A stretch of 63,981 bases of DNA, the filler included, from Octopus bimaculoides (Eukaryota), in assembly GCF_001194135.2 (NCBI RefSeq). It is 5 parts of 5 records of this genome, joined end to end, with 100 filler letters (N's around TTAATTAATTAA, not from the genome) between each part and the next. Parts side by side here need not be neighbours in the genome. Positions count along the whole stretch, not along the records: positions 62,082 to 63,981 come from NW_026407621.1; 4 more parts are not named here. One strand, given 5' to 3'. A program made the position numbers and the translations under genes. This document shows positions 61,982 to 63,981 of this stretch, piece after piece; the stretch's first letter is position 1; every line of letters begins with the position of its first letter. The notes under the pieces were generated by a model that saw nothing but the letters and a program-made list of their open reading frames with translations, was not told the DNA's origin and ran no database searches.

Positions 61982-63557
61982 NNNNNNNNNNNNNNNNNNN
62001 NNNNNNNNNNNNNNNNNNNNNNNNNTTAATTAATTAANNNNNNNNNNNNNNNNNNNNNNNNNNNNNNNNNNNNNNNNNNNNTCACACAGGAGAGTTAAGA
62101 AGAAGGGGAGATAACAAAGTAGTAGTGATCCAAAAATGAAGGTGCGTGTGTGTGAGTGATTGCTGGTGATCTTAACGTATGCGTGTGTGTGTGTGTGTGA
62201 AGGTGTGAAAATGTGGGGATAGGAATTGGTCAGTGCTGGTGTGTGCATGGTGATGTGATGTGTTCTGTGGTATGGTGTTGGGAGGTGGGGGAGGCGAGAC
62301 TGGGGAAAGCACAGGTGGGGTGTGGGTTATATATATATATATATACACGCTCACACGCACGCAAAATAGGTTCATATACATGTCAATATATGCACATGCC
62401 CAAGAAAAAACAGCTAAAGGCAAAATATAGAAAAAGTGTAAAAAGATGTGAAAAAGCTATAAGGGCAAAATGCATCTATATGCGCACATTCTCGCTTGCA
62501 CACACACATGCACGCATCCACAAGCGTGCACAACAGGTTCCATGTACACGTCTATAGACGCACAGAAAAAAGCAGGGTGGAATGGAGAATTCAGAAAAAC
62601 TATGTGTAAAAAATATATAAAACAATATCTCTATAAATATGTAAAAAAATATATAAGAAATATAAGTAAAAAGTATAGAGAGATAAAAAGCTTGTACATA
62701 GACACAAATTAGAAAGCAAGTCCTTTCAGTAATCTCGAGGGGACCAAAAACGTAGCAAATATTTAGCCACATGTGGACATGATCCGAAAAGTTCAGTTCT
62801 TGAATTTAGACGAAAAAATCGACAATATTGAACTGTGTGAATCTCGCTTTATTAATAGCTTTCAACCAGTCAACAACNNNNNNNNNNNNNNNNNNNNNNN
62901 NNNNNNNNNNNNNNNNNNNNNNNNNNNNNNNNNNNNNNNNNNNNNNNNNNNNNNNNNNNNNNNNNNNNNNNNNNNNNNNNNNNNNNNNNNNNNNNNNNNN
63001 NNNNNNNNNNNNNNNNNNNNNNNNNNNNNNNNNNNNNNNNNNNNNNNNNNNNNNNNNNNNNNNNNNNNNNNNNNNNNNNNNNNNNNNNNNNNNNNNNNNN
63101 NNNNNNNNNNNNNNNNNNNNNNNNNNNNNNNNNNNNNNNNNNNNNNNNNNNNNNNNNNNNNNNNNNNNNNNNNNNNNNNNNNNNNNNNNNNNNNNNNNNN
63201 NNNNNNNNNNNNNNNNNNNNNNNNNNNNNNNNNNNNNNNNNNNNNNNNNNNNNNNNNNNNNNNNNNNNNNNNNNNNNNNNNNNNNNNNNNNNNNNNNNNN
63301 NNNNNNNNNNNNNNNNNNNNNNNNNNNNNNNNNNNNNNNNNNNNNNNNNNNNNNNNNNNNNNNNNNNNNNNNNNNNNNNNNNNNNNNNNNNNNNNNNNNN
63401 NNNNNNNNNNNNNNNNNNNNNNNNNNNNNNNNNNNNNNNNNNNNNNNNNNNNNNNNNNNNNNNNNNNNNNNNNNNNNNNNNNNNNNNNNNNNNNNNNNNN
63501 NNNNNNNNNNNNNNNNNNNNNNNNNNNNNNNNNNNNNNNNNNNNNNNNNNNNNNNNT

Positions 63558-63981
63558 GTGAACGGAACAAGATTAGAAGTCATTGACACCTTTGTTTACC
63601 TTGGAACCACACTGTCAAGGGATGGTGGTCTTGATGCAGAAATATACTATCGAATAGCGAAGGGAAGTGCTGCATTTGGAAAGCTTGAAAAGTGAGTATG
63701 GGCTGATAGAGATATCTCCCTGCAGACGAAAATCAGCATCTACAAAGCGTGTGTATTGACTGCACTTCTTTATTCAGGCGAAACATGGACCACTTACAAG
63801 CGTCATGTAAAGATGCTAGAAAGGTTTCATCAAAAGTGTCTAAGACGCATCCTAGGAGTAAAATGGAAGAGTTTCGTAGCAGATACAGAGGTTTTGCGCA
63901 GAGTGCACTGTAGCTCAATTGAGAAACATATTATCCTGGACCAAATGAGATGGACTGGGCATGTAATTAGAATGAAGGATG
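63558..63981 (+). pseudogene. RTE-clade LINE ORF (RT thumb and downstream region), one premature stop
   Basis: VNGTRLEVIDTFVYLGTTLSRDGGLDAEIYYRIAKGSAAFGKLEK*VWADRDISLQTKISIYKACVLTALLYSGETWTTYKRHVKMLERFHQKCLRRILGVKW...MRWTGHVIRMKD; single TGA at 63693-63695; cut by the gap and the window end. Confidence 0.92.

Noticed and set aside
1104-63589. Long ORFs in the track (poly-X, YIYI, HTHT, CVCV, poly-T/V/P/I)
   Set aside because: Translations of N-gaps and di/trinucleotide microsatellites; no domain content.

Overview
AT-rich, microsatellite-saturated eukaryotic draft scaffold with about two dozen N-gaps (roughly 8 kb in total). The repeat complement (several tRNA-derived SINE families, RTE/Penelope/R4-type retroelements, dense TA/CA/TAGA/AAT arrays) suggests an octopus or related coleoid genome; this is inference. 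I found no intact protein-coding gene: nearly all ORFs in the track are microsatellite or N translations. Supportable content: many SINE copies of four head types (called A-D here, two with target-site duplications); a 591-bp MITE with perfect 35-bp TIRs, an 8-bp TSD and a central telomeric (TTAGGG)n tract, plus a truncated relative with head-to-head TTAGGG/CCCTAA arrays; three R4/Dong-type 3' ends, two embedded in (TAA)n arrays; Penelope-type GIY-YIG and hammerhead-like remnants with an 83-bp-arm palindrome; an internally deleted Gypsy element; Tc1 and mariner remnants; L1/Tx1 and RTE ORF2 remnants; a 138-nt fold-back; and a repeat-poor island near 29.9-31.6 kb with exon-like signals that may belong to an unidentified host gene. 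Family assignments come from recognising motifs by eye, not from database searches.
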